The notes beneath the pieces were generated by a model. That model saw only the letters and a program-made list of their open reading frames with translations. It had not been told where the DNA came from and searched no databases. The translations under genes were made by a program, and so were the position numbers. From positions 8,928,001 to 8,992,000 of the forward strand of contig NC_135250.1 in the NCBI RefSeq assembly GCF_964204865.1: a stretch of 64,000 bases of DNA. Direction: 5' to 3'. The DNA is from Styela clava. Lineage: Eukaryota. This document shows, in pieces, positions 40,494 to 53,744 of the stretch (its first letter is position 1; every line of letters begins with the position of its first letter).

Positions 40494-41839
40494 GTATAGC
40501 GTCTCCGCCACGGGCTTAGTCGAAAAAACGAGTTTTAGAGTCTATTTCGCAACTCAAGACCAAGGGGTTCATACTCGGGCTGTCAGTACAATGTAAATTC
40601 ATACTACTTGCTGGCGTTTGCAAATTTGTGTGCGTATAGAAATTTTATACAGAATGACAGGGAGTTTTATATCCTCGAATATCTTTCTCGATTAAAGCAT
40701 TGTTATTTGCAAAATGTAATGATGTGAAAAAAATATTTCCAATCATAGGCAGTTAAACATGGAGATTCCCGAGATATTTATTGAGATTTCCAGTTTGTTT
40801 CGAGTGTTTAAAATCATTACTAAATAATCATACCTCCCGCGGTGTAGATATATTTTATCAACTTTCTCACTTGCCTTTGCATCTTATTTGATCAACGGAG
40901 AATTTTGAAATATCCGAAGCAGCTCACTCGAATTCACTGTGATGATTTTGGGAATATTTGTAAGTAAACGTGGCAACGCAACTCGTGTACGACCGATTTC
41001 TTGGAGAACTATTTTATTCATTGGCGCAACTTAATTGGATGATTCAGGAAGAGCTGTAACCTTGATTTGACCTTCGAATACTTATAATACACAAATAGTG
41101 GCATAAAATTCTCTACTCCGAATTATTTACTGACAACGTTTTAAAAAACATCAGTAAATAAATAAATAATAAATAAATAACACCCGCATGTTAAAACAAC
41201 GTTGTATCTATGCATTCTAAGATGTAACTGTTTGAATTACTAGAGATATTTATTAAGGGTCCGTTTAATGAATGTTTCGAATAAATCTTTCCGAATGAAT
41301 TCATTTACTCATGACAATATTTCTGTTTGGATCACTGACCATGACCTTTTGTAACATGGCAACTACCGATTACATAACAATGGTTAAACAATGCCCTTGG
41401 CAACCTTGGTATCCATGAGAACCAGAGACAACCAATCATGTACCTCTGTACTTTTGCAATTAGTCTTGTAGTCTGTTCTGCCGAGTCTTTACTCGTTCGG
41501 TCGAGGGGGTTTAAGTTTCAATCGTAAGATGTTTTCGATAGATGTTTCTGCGTGGCTTGTTATGCTAAGCCATTTCCTGGTGAGAAATGATAATAATGTT
41601 GGGCTATATGTGCCAATGCAATATTACTTCATGGTAACGTTATATTTAATGACTCAATCTGACGGATCGAATACCGGTGCAAAATCGAACACCTATTGTC
41701 TAATCCGATTTTAATTTTCCGAATTCTGTCCAAATCCAAGTTTTTATAGTAATCAGACTTAATCAATATGTTATATTTTATAGCCTTGGAATAATACAAT
41801 CAATTACGTTACATCCCATTCTTGCTAGCCAATTTCAAT

Positions 41840-44800
41840 ATGGGGATAGCGTGCTGTAAATGCACAGATGGAGATAATGATGAAACGATTAACAAAAAGA
41901 GAAAAATGACGAAAACGCAAAGGCGGCGTTGGTTAAGGCGTAGAAAAACAGATGGAGAGATATTTCAATCGACTGAACCAACGAGGGAATCGCTAGATTC
42001 AGAGAAGCGGGAAACAGGTCAAATCGCTTTTAAAAAGCAGCAGCTTTCGTTGTGAGTAACAATATTAATTTAATTAATATTGTAATAAGTGAATACTTTT
42101 TTTTATAGTTAAACTCAGAATTAAAACGGTTGTTAATATAACAAACATATTTTTTGATGAAATAATTTTGTCGTTGATAACACCGCCCACTTTTATCAAT
42201 TTTGTCCTGCTAGGAATCTTGAAGTGAAGTAGTACTTTTCAATGATACATCCGAAATTAGGATATATATCGATTAGGATAAAATCTCTCGAAACGCTTTT
42301 TCCCAATAACACTAATCGACCAGAAAGTGGTATTTTTGCACGCGCAACATTTAATGATCTGTTATCCAATATATGAAATCAAATATAAGTCAATGTGAAA
42401 ATAATTGTATTTATTTATCTTCTCCCATTTTCCTTATGTTCCGCATGACATTACCAATATTCCGGCACACAGTCCCATCATATTAAGATTAACTTTACTC
42501 GGAAAAAAAATATTATTGTCTGTGGACGAAGAACTTTATGAATCAATTGACATGCATTAAATGGAATGAACATTGGTAACGATGGCTGCAAAAAGATGAT
42601 GAATCTTGTATTAACAACAACAAATAAATTGAAAAGAAAAAGTGTGAAGATTTTTCTGTGGTCAGGAACTGCGTTTCGTTCATAACGAACAAAACCCAAC
42701 CACAATGTAATGATATCACACATCATAAACAATTCATAACATTAAGAGATAGAAGCTGACTGCGAGTAACATATTCATCTTTAGCCGATTTTTCATTTAT
42801 TTTATTCTATTAGTATCAGTTCGATTTGAATATTTTTGTCTTTTACCATTTCTTCAGAAGACGCTGTTTCTGATTTGTCATTCAATTTAAGTTGGTTTAT
42901 ACTTCAGTCTGAATTTGCTTTACAGAAAAATTGAAATTTTCCTATTTTAGCGGGCTTGTAAAATGGCATTTCTTTAGTGAATTTCATTCCTACTATCAAT
43001 TGCATACATTTAAAAATATTTAAAAAAAAAACAGTTTGCTAAAAAAAGGTAATATAATATTTCATCATCAACTAGTAGCCGAAGGCATTTTCAACTCATT
43101 CGCGTAACGTGGATGGCTTTAAATAGTATGCATATTTACAAATTGTAATTGGCATATGCATTTTTAGAAATGGAACTTTTGGGAGGAGAAATCCCCTGAA
43201 GCCTTTGCGAATATACCTGGGGAATCGTTTACAAGAGTAAGTTTTTACCTGTTTCATTAATTTGCCGTTGCCACGATTCACTTTTCCACAAAACGCTATT
43301 TTTACAGAACTCAGAGAGTTTGGGAGACAAAGCTGCTTTGGGCATCGGATTTGAGATCCAATTACACTGCGCTACTTCTACGAGGACTAGTTCTTTCTTC
43401 CAGGAGGGTAATGTGTCCATTTACTCTTTCGAAATATTCACAGTATTCACACGTTTGGACGGTTCATATTATATGTAATCTGCTGATACAAATTGAAACT
43501 CATCCTGTTAAGACAAGATGCATGTCAAGGCATCAAATTGAGTATCTTTTCGTATAAATTAATCCTTATTCGGTATATTGACAGACACGTCATGTTACAA
43601 GAGTAAATGGGCTAATGTCATCAGTCAACGTTGTCAATACCACTAATAAAAAATGCATCGAATCATTTTCCACAAGAGTCTCGAAATTTCAATCAACAGT
43701 AAGTATATTGGTTTCTGAAAACAAAAATTTTGGTCACTATTAGTAGTATTCCATGTAGTTGTTAATATTTTATTATATTTTCAGAATTGTAATCCGATGA
43801 AACAATTTGATCCACTGAGGTAAGCGCTTCATATTTAAAATATTTTTTATCAATAGACATAAACTTTGAAATTCATACCTGAGCAATTTATACAATTAGC
43901 CATAAAAAATATTCTGTTTTATATATCTAGAAATGGGAATTTCACAGGAGTGATCTCCATGAGGAAGACACTCAGAAACTATTTGCAACAGTAAGTTCAT
44001 GAATTATATTATTAACTTGGCATTGTTCTTGCAATTTATACTTTAAAACGAGATTAATTTTTCGCAGATCTCGAATGGCGTGGGAACAAAGTTCCTTGTT
44101 ATGGGCTTCCAACGTCAAAGTAAACCCAGGTCGTTGTGTGGAGATTGTTCAAAGTATTGTTCGTTTTACTTTTGAGGTAACTTTCAACAGACGTATTTTT
44201 ATAATCAAGAATATGTTTATTTCAGCCTGCTTAGAAATGCGGAATAGGTCGCTATAAATAGGTATATTGATTTTTTAACTGGTTCGTGTCCACAGCACAC
44301 AACACAATGTGAAGAGTTTTTAGTTCTTGGAGAGTAAAATTAACGCTTGCCTTTAAAAATATCGAATAGGTGTGTGAAGCATTTTTACCAAATGGTATCC
44401 ATCTTCACCTGTTTTTATTTAAACAGGCATCTCCGATGTCTCTTAAAGCAGGAAAACTGATTTCGGCCATTCCTATTGGCCATATGAGGTCGGCCAAATT
44501 GGCAAATGACGAATCAAAAGTAAGTTCGGTAACTAAAAATAAATATAGTATTCACTGACAGTAATTAAGATAAAACACTTCCAGATAGGGGAAATGCAAA
44601 TTAACATAAAGTTCAGACATGGTTTCTTTATTTTTGTATTTGGTTAATTGGTATAACGCGTATCCAAACCCCTTTTTTGTACCTTCATCTTAGTGAGTCC
44701 CCATGCTAAGCGTGCACGTATATAAACTACCGCTAAGATTTACTTTTTGAATGCTTATTTTTTAAAATATTCAGCCGAAAAAAGAAATTGTTTCATCTAG

Positions 44801-47185
44801 CAATTTGACAGATCTTAAAACATTGGGTTGCAAAAGAGATGAAACGTTAGTTCAGTCAAGGGTAGGTTGATTTTATTATTCGTAATTCGCAAATTTCTGT
44901 GTCAACTAAAAACTATATATTTTTTTGTTTTCTGTATTTTAAGAATTATCAGGAGAACAGATTCCATCAAACTATGTATGTATCTTTTTTCATTTGAATA
45001 AAATATATATGTTAAAAATCCAATATATTATTCACGTTTCTGTTTTATTTCAGGGAAATTGCAAAACTTAAACAACAGAACGAGAGAACGAAAATAAAAA
45101 TCAAACGACAGATTCAGGTGATATATCGACGATCATGGCTGACAAATATTTTACTCGAAAATAAAAACGATTGGAAAGTTCATATACAAATATTCAAAGT
45201 ATAATTAATTAATTAAGCGCAAACAATAAACCAATTGTTCATATCAAAACAAAAACTGATCAAAATGTGATCGACTTTTAGGAACGACATGAAATGGCGC
45301 AGGACAGAAGCCATCGATTCACTAATCCGAAGGTCAGTTATATTTATTCTAACACACATACTCTAATCATTCATCAATTTTGGCTGCTTTTTACTATGCT
45401 CTGCACTGCTTATTTACTATGCTCTAATATTGTAATAGACACTCATGGATTTCATTTTTAGACACCGTGTTTTGTTAACTGCGAGGTTAATAAATCGGCG
45501 ATTCATAGCAGTCCTACAAATGTGAGATCTGCTTCAAACGAAGTTAAACGTGAATCAAAAGTAAGTATATTCATCGGATGTATTGTGATAAAAAAAAATT
45601 ACATTTTATTTCTTTAATATTCAACAATAATTAATGAGTAAAATTTGAGCGAAAAAGGGGATTTTTATGATAATTCCTATTTTTAATCCGTTTCATTTCT
45701 TATTTCAAGTGCTTTCCTGGAGAAAACGACGTCCGGCCACGTCTGTGAGTATAATATCTATTTTTTCATTTATTAATATGATTGAAATTTTGGGTAACGA
45801 ATTTAAAGTACTTCTCTTTTTTAAGTGGATTTGTAAGATTCAAGGAAAAGAATAAAAAAAGGATGGAGACAATCAGGAGGCGGAGAGAGGTAAAGTAATA
45901 ACAGAAACATTAAAGAAAATTATTTCAAAATTTGAAAAAAAATATTCGAAAAGTTTTTACAAGCTGATATAGAAAATTGCATGTTTTCACTGGAGTGGGA
46001 GCAGGATTTGCATTTTCTAAATTCCCCAGAGTCGAAGTTTTTGTTACAAAAATTCGATTATTCCGGATTTCGTAGCTGGAGTGGGAGTCGGGAATCGAAT
46101 CGTAGTCGGTCCTGAAATATGGTCCGAGTCCGGATGCGTCAGGCGGAGTCGATTTGAATTCTCTCCGGCTCTAAATCCCTGTGAAAATGAAAAATGACTC
46201 CCATCCTTTTAGGAACTCGAAGAAAGAGTTCGGCAGATGGATGAAGACATCAGAATATTTAAAATGAAGGTCTGGTATTTATTTATACTAGGTTTTTATA
46301 CTTTTTCTCCATTTCGAGTTTAAATTTCGGATCAATATTTCTATGTTAAGTTTGTATGAAATATGTCTTATCCTATTTTTGAGTTTAGTGTTTCGATAAC
46401 TTTTTTGACCAAACTTTATTATGATTTTATTATTGCCATCTATGCACCTTTTCGAACAGATTTGAAGAATATTATTTAGTAAAGCAATCACTCGCACATT
46501 TCACAGTTAGAGTTACGAATATTCTAGAATCTATTCCGCTTATTTTTTTAGCTTGAACGATCTAATTCAGGAAATACCGTAAAACATCATCAAACCGATA
46601 TTGGTAAGTATCATAGTCCATTTCGCTATGGTAAAATTTCTACTCAATTTTATCTAAATATAACGACATTTGTGTTATCTAGAATTTTAAGAATCTAAGA
46701 ATAACATAATTTTTTTGCGAAATAGGAAGTGTTTTTGTGAGCTTTCGTTAGGCATAGTCTAACTTCGCGAGAAAAAATAATATATAACTGAGAAGATGAA
46801 GTTTATAATAATTGCTGAGTCAAGTAATGAGAATGTAATAAAAATATGAAGATGGAAGGATTTAGTCTGTCTAATTTTGGTTATGCGCATACGAAGTAAA
46901 CAAGGAGAAAAGATCTGCAGTTTAACATAATATCCTAGTACCCAACGTAGTTCAAACTGATGGTTACAAATTAGTATCGTGGAAATTCCATTACGAAGTC
47001 GATAGGTGCTAATTCTAGCATATTAAAACATATTTAAAAATATAAAATCATCATTCGACTCGCATGGGATACAATATTTTATAAAATACTACAAAAATTC
47101 AAAAGATCAATATCCCTATCTCATATTTACAGGTGACAGCAGAAACAGGGAATGCCGAAACTCCCAGCAATGTTTTCCGCCATAA
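41840..47185 (+). CDS. 18-exon orphan gene, copy 5 (apparently intact, most diverged 3' end)
   Basis: Same exon chain with splice sites retained. Exons 16-17 read ELEERVRQMDEDIRIFKMK / LERSNSGNTVKHHQTDI. Stop TAA at 47183-47185. Confidence 0.77.
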
Positions 47186-47389
47186 CTACTGGGTCGCCAA
47201 TCCACATACATTTGCATATTTGTGTGTCTTAATTTTTTTATCTGCACTTATTTCTCTATAATATAGTATAAATATATATATAAATAAATTTCAATAATAT
47301 TTGAATTTGATATCTTTTATTAGGGTGAATTTTTGTAATTACGTACTAAGTTGAATCAGTGTTATTTATTGCTGGGTTGACTTCTTTTC

Positions 47390-49160
47390 TCTTTGGCGTA
47401 TGGTAATATATTTTCCACTAACCGGTCTGCCGCTGATGTCCGCTTCCTTCTTCCTCCATTTGCGGGAGTTTTTATTTTTTTTGTTCGCTGCTCTGAGCTC
47501 GCTCCTCCCCTGCACGCCGCACGTTTGGTCTGCTGCTGCACGTCTGCCGCTGGATGCCCGCTGTTTTTATCAGGCCGTATCGCTTCTGTCCTCTGATATA
47601 TATAATTCTACTAACACCACGCACGGTCTGCTACTTCTTCACGTTTGCAGCTGGGGTCACCGCTAAGGGGTCACGTCTCCTTGACGTTCGATGGCGCAGG
47701 TCTGCCTAATGCTGCCCCCCTCAGGTTTGCGCCTTGGCTGTTTTGCGCGTCTGGTAGCACGCTCTCCCTGCATTTTTATCAGGAACGCCGGTCTCCTTGA
47801 CGCCCGGTGGGGGGGCTTGCAGGTCTGAGGGTCTGCCTAATGCTGCCCCCCTCCGGTTTGGTTTTCCTTGGCGTTGGTTGTTTTGCGCGTCTGGTCGCTC
47901 AACCTGCACGGCTGCCCCGCTCCTTGGCGTCCCCGTCTGGTGTGTCTATTTGCTGGTATATTTCTGCCCTGCCTTTTGGTCTTTGGGCCTGCCTTGCCTG
48001 TACGTTTTGGTCTGCTGCTGCACGTTTGCCGCTAGATGCCCGTATCGCTTCTGCCCTCTGGCTGCGCCTCTTCCTTGGCGTCCCCGTCTGGTGTGCCTAT
48101 TTACTGGTATATTTTTTCTGCCCTGCCTTTACGTTTGGTCTGCTGCTGCACGTCTGCCGCTCTGCCCTCTGGTATTTCCATTAACCCGGTCTGCTACTTC
48201 TCCACGTTTGCCGCTGGATGCCCGCTATTTGTCAGGCCGTATCGCTTCTGCCCTCTGGTATATATTATTTCCACTGACCTCTCTGCTGGCGCTGATCGTT
48301 CAGGTCACGTCTCCTTGACGCTCGATGGCGCTGTCTAGGCGTCTGCCTAATGCTGCCCCCCCTCAGGTTTGCTTGGCTGTTTTGCGCCGCGCTCTCCCTG
48401 CCGTTTATCAGGAACGCCGGTCTCCTAGACGCCCGGTGGGGGGCTTGCATGTCTTGGGGTCTGTCTAATGCTGCCCAACTCCGGTTTGCCTTGGTTGTTT
48501 TGCGCGTCTGGTCGCTCAACCTGCACAGCTGCCTCTTCCTTGGCGTCCTCGTCTGGTGCGCCTATTTGCTGGTATATTTCTGCACTGCCTTCTGGTATAT
48601 TTTCACTAATCTGCCTAATGCTGCCCAACTCCGGTTTGCCTTGGTTGTTTTGCGCGTCTGGTCGCTCAACCTGCACGGCTGCCTCTCCTTGGCGTTCTCG
48701 TCTGGTGCGCCTATTTGCTGGTATATTTTCACTAATCTCTGCTGGCGCTCGCTCACCTGCACGCCGGGTCTCCTTGGCGTGCGGTCTGCTGCTTGTCGCC
48801 TCTGGTGGTGCGCCTATTTGCTGGTATATTTTCACTAATCTCTGCTGGCGCTCGCTCACCTGCACGCCGGGCCTCCTTGGCGTGCGGTCTGCTGCTTGTC
48901 GCCTCTGGTCTATATTTTCCACTCACCCTGGTTGTTTGCTGCTCTGGCTCTCTCGCCTGCTTCCTCGTCTGCTGACCTTCTACTCTACTCGATTTACCCA
49001 ACCCTCATCTGCGCCACCAGCTGCTGCTCTGGCTCGTATTTGCACGCCTGGTCTGCCTATTGCTGTCCCCTCTGGTTTATATTTCTACCCGCCTCGGCTG
49101 TTTGCTGCTCTGACTCGCTCTCCTGCTTCTCGTCTACTGACCTCTACCTACAGCTCGATC
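47390..49160. repeat. GC-rich, A-poor modular (shuffled-subunit) repeat tract
   Basis: Reiterated modules such as GTCTGCCTAATGCTGCCC, TGGTGCGCCTATTTGCTGGTATATTT, CTGCTGCTGCACGT and CAGGAACGCCGGTCTCC, with a ~104-bp tandem pair near 48700-48910. Sharp compositional break from the flanks. Confidence 0.9.
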
Positions 49161-49169
49161 TAGCATCTG

Positions 49170-49234
49170 GGGTTCGAACCTAGGCTCATAACTAACCTGT
49201 TGTTTGACCATGTCTCTACGCTTCCCCTGCGCTA
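49170..49234 (-). promoter_or_regulatory. tRNA-like internal Pol III promoter (A box plus B box), possible SINE head
   Basis: Minus strand TAGCGCAGGGG (A-box-like, 49234-49224) followed 43 nt later by GGTTCGAACCC (B-box, 49180-49170). No complete cloverleaf recognised. Confidence 0.45.
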
Positions 49235-51411
49235 CCATTACTGACGAGAGCGAAAGTATTGAAATCCTACTTGATTAACAACGTCACGCTTGGCAGCTCA
49301 CGTCCAAGCTAATTAATGCGACAAGACAAGGGCCACAGGTGGCGCTTAAAAGTAAATGTTAATAGATTCCCAGATTTGCCTACTGAATTTTGCACCTTTC
49401 GTTCGCTGTTGAATCCGACAACTCAATTTAACCGGTTATTTCGGTTCGACTCCGGATTTTTCGACTCCATACGCAAATCGATTGGAAGCTGCCTATAAAA
49501 CCGAATTTATGTAAAAAAAACATCCTATGATGTTTAATTAAAGTTTTATACTGTTACAATTAGCAATCAGAAAAGGTGCAGGCAAAATCAGTTTTTACGT
49601 GACCTGATTTCATATTGTAACGCCACTGAAGTTTGACATATGTATAGGCTGCAGTCAAATGTCACGTACAAATAATCTCATAAATACATTTTTTATGTCT
49701 ACTACGCATAAAATATAGTGCGTTCTGCTTCATGTTTTATATTATTGATCAGTGGATTTGTCCCGTGGTTTGCGGTGCAGCAGGGGTGAAGTTGGTGATA
49801 ATGGAAGCGAAAGAGATGATTAAATGTTCAAATCAAAAAACAGTGGATCAGCGAATAAATATTGAAAAAACTTGAAAATTGAGTGAAATTAATCAAAAAT
49901 AGCATTATCATAGAAATAGCATGTAACATATTTGAAAATACGTGAATGAAACGTTGATGACTCTTAAACATGAACCACGCACCTGCAGCACGGTTCTGTT
50001 TTACAGTATAATAAAATATTTGAGTTATATATGTTCCGCAGATTGAACTCGGATAAGCCTTGACACATCTCGATAAACCAGTGCCAATATTGTCGGTTAC
50101 AGCAAGCAGGATAATTGTTAGAAACCATAAAAATATTGGGACAGTAATGATCACGAATAGAAACAACGTGATTTACATAAATTTATATTTTAAGTACAAC
50201 GGCTTGTTAAAATCATCACGTTTTTTCAAGCCCAATGACTAAAAATATCCAAAACCATGTGATTAAATATTTTCAAATATATTTTGAAAAATAATGTAAG
50301 AAGGAATTAAAAATGTAACTTGTTAACATCATGAATCCCGTCCATATAGTACCTATCTATGCGTAAATTACGTTGTACCGTATAATTACTGGAATAACTT
50401 TAATTAAATTGGTGGAAGATTGATTTATTTATTAAACGCTTCCCACTATTGAACCTTATGCACAACACCAGGCGAAAACTCATCAAATAATCTCAAAGTT
50501 ACATTCGATGTTATCCAAGTTTGAATAATTTATGCGAAATCGGAGATAATCCTCAATTCTCTTATAACAGTTTATGTTTATACATGACAACAATATAGAC
50601 TCTATGGAGTATTAATTTAAATGTACTGGGATAGGTTAAAAATAGGTTTCGAAGTTAAACATGATTTGGCAAAAATAACAGTTCATGTGATATATTTTAC
50701 GTTCTTTAAATAACTTAATCTGCAAATTTGTCACGACTTTCACAGCAACGATTAATCATGGTCTTTGTATCCACGGCCAACGAATGCGCGTTTAAAGACA
50801 AGGTTATTACTTTGTTTACGAAAAATAATTTTAATTTTGAATCGCGTTATGAAAGTTCATTACTTCTTAAGCATGATAATTATCTCAATTCTAAAGCCAA
50901 ATTTAAGAGGATTGTCGTCATGGAAAACAGATATATTTCGATATATGTGATATAACCAACAACTCTTCCGGAGCAAACGATTTTTTTGTCGACATTTAAT
51001 TATGCGTAGTCATTCGAATCGGTTACATAAACCTTTTGGCATCAGTATGTAAATGAGAGGTATTTTAATGCTTCGGTTTATTTTGATTTAGTACAATGTT
51101 GAACGAACATCAGCTCGCTAAATTCAAAAAGCTGGAAACTTTGAATATATATATTTTCGAAATATATCTGAACGCATTTTCCAAAAATATGTACATAGTT
51201 GCAATGCTTAACGGTAGTTAGAAAAGTCAACTAATTTCTGTAATTGAGCATTTATATTTGCATTAATTGAAAGTATGGTTTAAATTTTGGATAAGTTATA
51301 ACAATACTGGAAATATACTTCCCTGATTTTTAGGGGGTTTATTATTGTACAAATATGTCTATTTTTCAGATATTAGTTATTATAAAATATTATCCAACCG
51401 AGAAAACAACG

Positions 51412-52299
51412 ATGAAATTGTTCGTATTGGTTGCGTTTTGCATGGTTATTGTCGCCTGTGACGCATTGAGCTGCCCCCCGTGCAATAAAAAGAAATGTCC
51501 CTACTTATACTGTCGCGGCAGGTCCGAAGTTCCCAACCCATGCGAGTGAGTTTTCTAACCGTGTGGAACGGCGGATATCTTTCTAGGCATTTCCAATGAG
51601 AAAATTCTTCATATTGTAGAAACGAAAAAGATAACGCCAACCTATTGCAGTGAATATCCACGTCGAAACCATAGACTATAAATGAACCAATGTTTATTAG
51701 AATATTTTTCTAGTTCCGCTTTTATGAATTTAGGTGTTGCAATGAATGCGCAAAACTGGAAGGTGAAGAATGTGGAGGTCCGTGGCACATTTACGGAAAA
51801 TGTGACCCCAGGAGATGGGACTTGGATTGCGTCAAGGGTCCGATTTGTGACAAAAAGCCAACAAAAGATTTCAACGCCAAAGGAATCTGCATGCGAAGAA
51901 GAACTGTTGTAAGTTCATAAAAACAAACTTTATTTTCGTTGAAGATTATATTGTTCTTACTCATTGTACTAATTATCTGATATAATTGAATCACCTAATT
52001 GATTAACTTGAAATTATTGTTATGGTTGTGGAACTTTCCCGAATTCACGCTGATAATGACAATGTCACATTTGATCGAGTTTGATATGATAATGTTCATT
52101 ATATTGTATTCTGGCCAACGAAGTCTTGTATATTCCTTACCTGTTTAAATGTAAACATATTTTAATAGGAAATTAATAACAAATAATCATATACACCTAA
52201 AGTTTTGATATAACTCTCTAACTAATATTACTAATTTATTTTCAGAAAATCATCAAAAAATATTGCGATAAGTACCCAGTTTGTATGAAGGAGTATTAG
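51412..52299 (+). CDS. Secreted single IGFBP N-terminal (IB) domain protein, SIBD/perlustrin-like, paralog 1 (120 aa, 3 coding exons)
   Basis: Exons 51412-51545, 51734-51908, 52246-52299: MKLFVLVAFCMVIVACDA-LSCPPCNKKKCPYLYCRGRSEVPNPCECCNECAKLEGEECGGPWHIYGKCDPRRWDLDCVKGPICDKKPTKDFNAKGICMRRRTVKIIKKYCDKYPVCMKEY*. Signal peptide plus CxCCxxCA..EGExCGG.W...GxC motif. AATAAA at 52359. Confidence 0.92.
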
Positions 52300-53186
52300 A
52301 TACAATGACGAATTTTCCTTTACATTGCCATGATGAACAACAAAAAGTACCAGGATTTAATAAATGTTTAATTTTACTTTAAAAGCCTATTACATTGATT
52401 TAGTCGCCGCCTTTGGTCTTGAAATGAGTTGAGTTTTGGTGGGGTTTATGTCATAGGCGAGCCAGAAATATACCATATAAATATAAGTTTTTCATGGTGT
52501 AGTCCATAGGCTATACCGTTATACCGTCGCGATTCGAGAATTGATTCGTAGATGAACATATGACTTCTGAGAAAATAGTGACCGACTTTATTTGTTTGAT
52601 TCTGTATACTTAATTAGAAATGGGGAGGGAACCGTGAAAGTATAATATAAGTGGCAGTCACTTTCGGTTGGGACAGTGGTTCATGAGACCCGTGTGGTCC
52701 ACAGTTAGATTTTAGAGGATCCATGATCTGTACATGCATAGGTAAAACAAAATATCAAAATGGAAATACTAGCCATTCGTAATTGGGGACTATAATTTTC
52801 AAAAGTTGATAAACACTATACGTCACGGTCACAGTGTATCACAAGATCGTTGAAAGTCATAATCTGTATTTGTTTCTTCAGGTACCTGATTTGAAATAAT
52901 TCAACACTTTCAGAAATACAAAAATGCGTAAGGAAATATTTATTGAAAATATAATTTGAACATATATATATAAGCAGATACCGCACAGAAACATTATATG
53001 AACTAGAGCTTTAATCTTGTCCAATGGAATGACCAAAACTGGACGCGATTGCATATTGGTTGTAGCGTTGAACTTGAATATGCTGTCATTGCAGGTTAAT
53101 AATACCACCCACGTTTAGCATCCGATTCAACGTGTAAAGGACAATTTCGAACCGGAAAAATTCGGGTTCCAGTAGTAGCCACTTAC

Positions 53187-53294
53187 CTGACAGTGGCTGA
53201 CTCTACCGATCCGAGAAAGGCGTATAAAATTCCGTATAAAAAATTATGTGAAATGAGGTCAGAAAATTTAATCTTTAGAGGTTTACTATAATTC
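53187..53294 (-). pseudogene. Duplicated orphan exon (108 nt) of the minus-strand decayed gene
   Basis: TTTAAG|GAATTAT...GTCAG|GTAAGT; open reading NYSKPLKIKFSDLISHNFLYGILYAFLGSVESATV; paralogous to 59944-59837. Confidence 0.45.
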
Positions 53295-53744
53295 CTTAAA
53301 AAAGTGATCAATGCTCAAATATATGGACACGAAGACCAAAACGAAGAACTAGTCTACCTACCTTTTGCAGTACCGGTACCGTCGCGTAGCACAAGAGGTC
53401 GAAGAACCGCTACAAATAATTTTTATTGATTTTGAAGTCACACACAAAATTTCGAAGTGGAAAACGAACCACATAGAGCCCACAGAATTAAAATAAATAA
53501 ATAAAAAGATTCTCTATCACCGTCTGCTTCTTGCACGAGTTAATAATATTTGAACATATTTTTACTATTACTGTGTAGTTCTTTTTCATTTCGACGATCA
53601 ATTTTTAATCAAACGTAATTTACCCTTAAACTTGAATAAAAGAAATCGGAATTTGTATTCTAAAAATTATTCTGGTAAGGCTATTATAATCTCGTGTAGT
53701 GAGATAGTGTAATAGCCCTCCAATGGTAATTTAAAACCAATCTG

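Larger units (their letters stand above)
1291..47390 (+). repeat. Head-to-tail tandem segmental array, ~9.2-9.6 kb unit, 4 full units plus a partial 5th (unit starts 1291, 10491, 20048, 29327, 40826)
   Basis: The unit-start string AATCATACCTCCCGCGGTGT and all downstream landmarks recur in the same order. Unit lengths are 9200, 9557, 9279 and 11499 (includes the piggyBac insertion); the 5th unit is truncated at ~47390. Confidence 0.97.

Noticed and set aside
47390-49160. Possible CRISPR-like repeat-spacer array
   Set aside because: Modules vary in length and sequence, the intervening segments are themselves repeats, and the context is eukaryotic with no cas genes.
47393-49183. Many overlapping long ORFs (up to 231 aa) on both strands
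   Set aside because: The A-poor repeat composition suppresses stop codons. The same DNA module is read in different frames within one ORF, which argues against coding.
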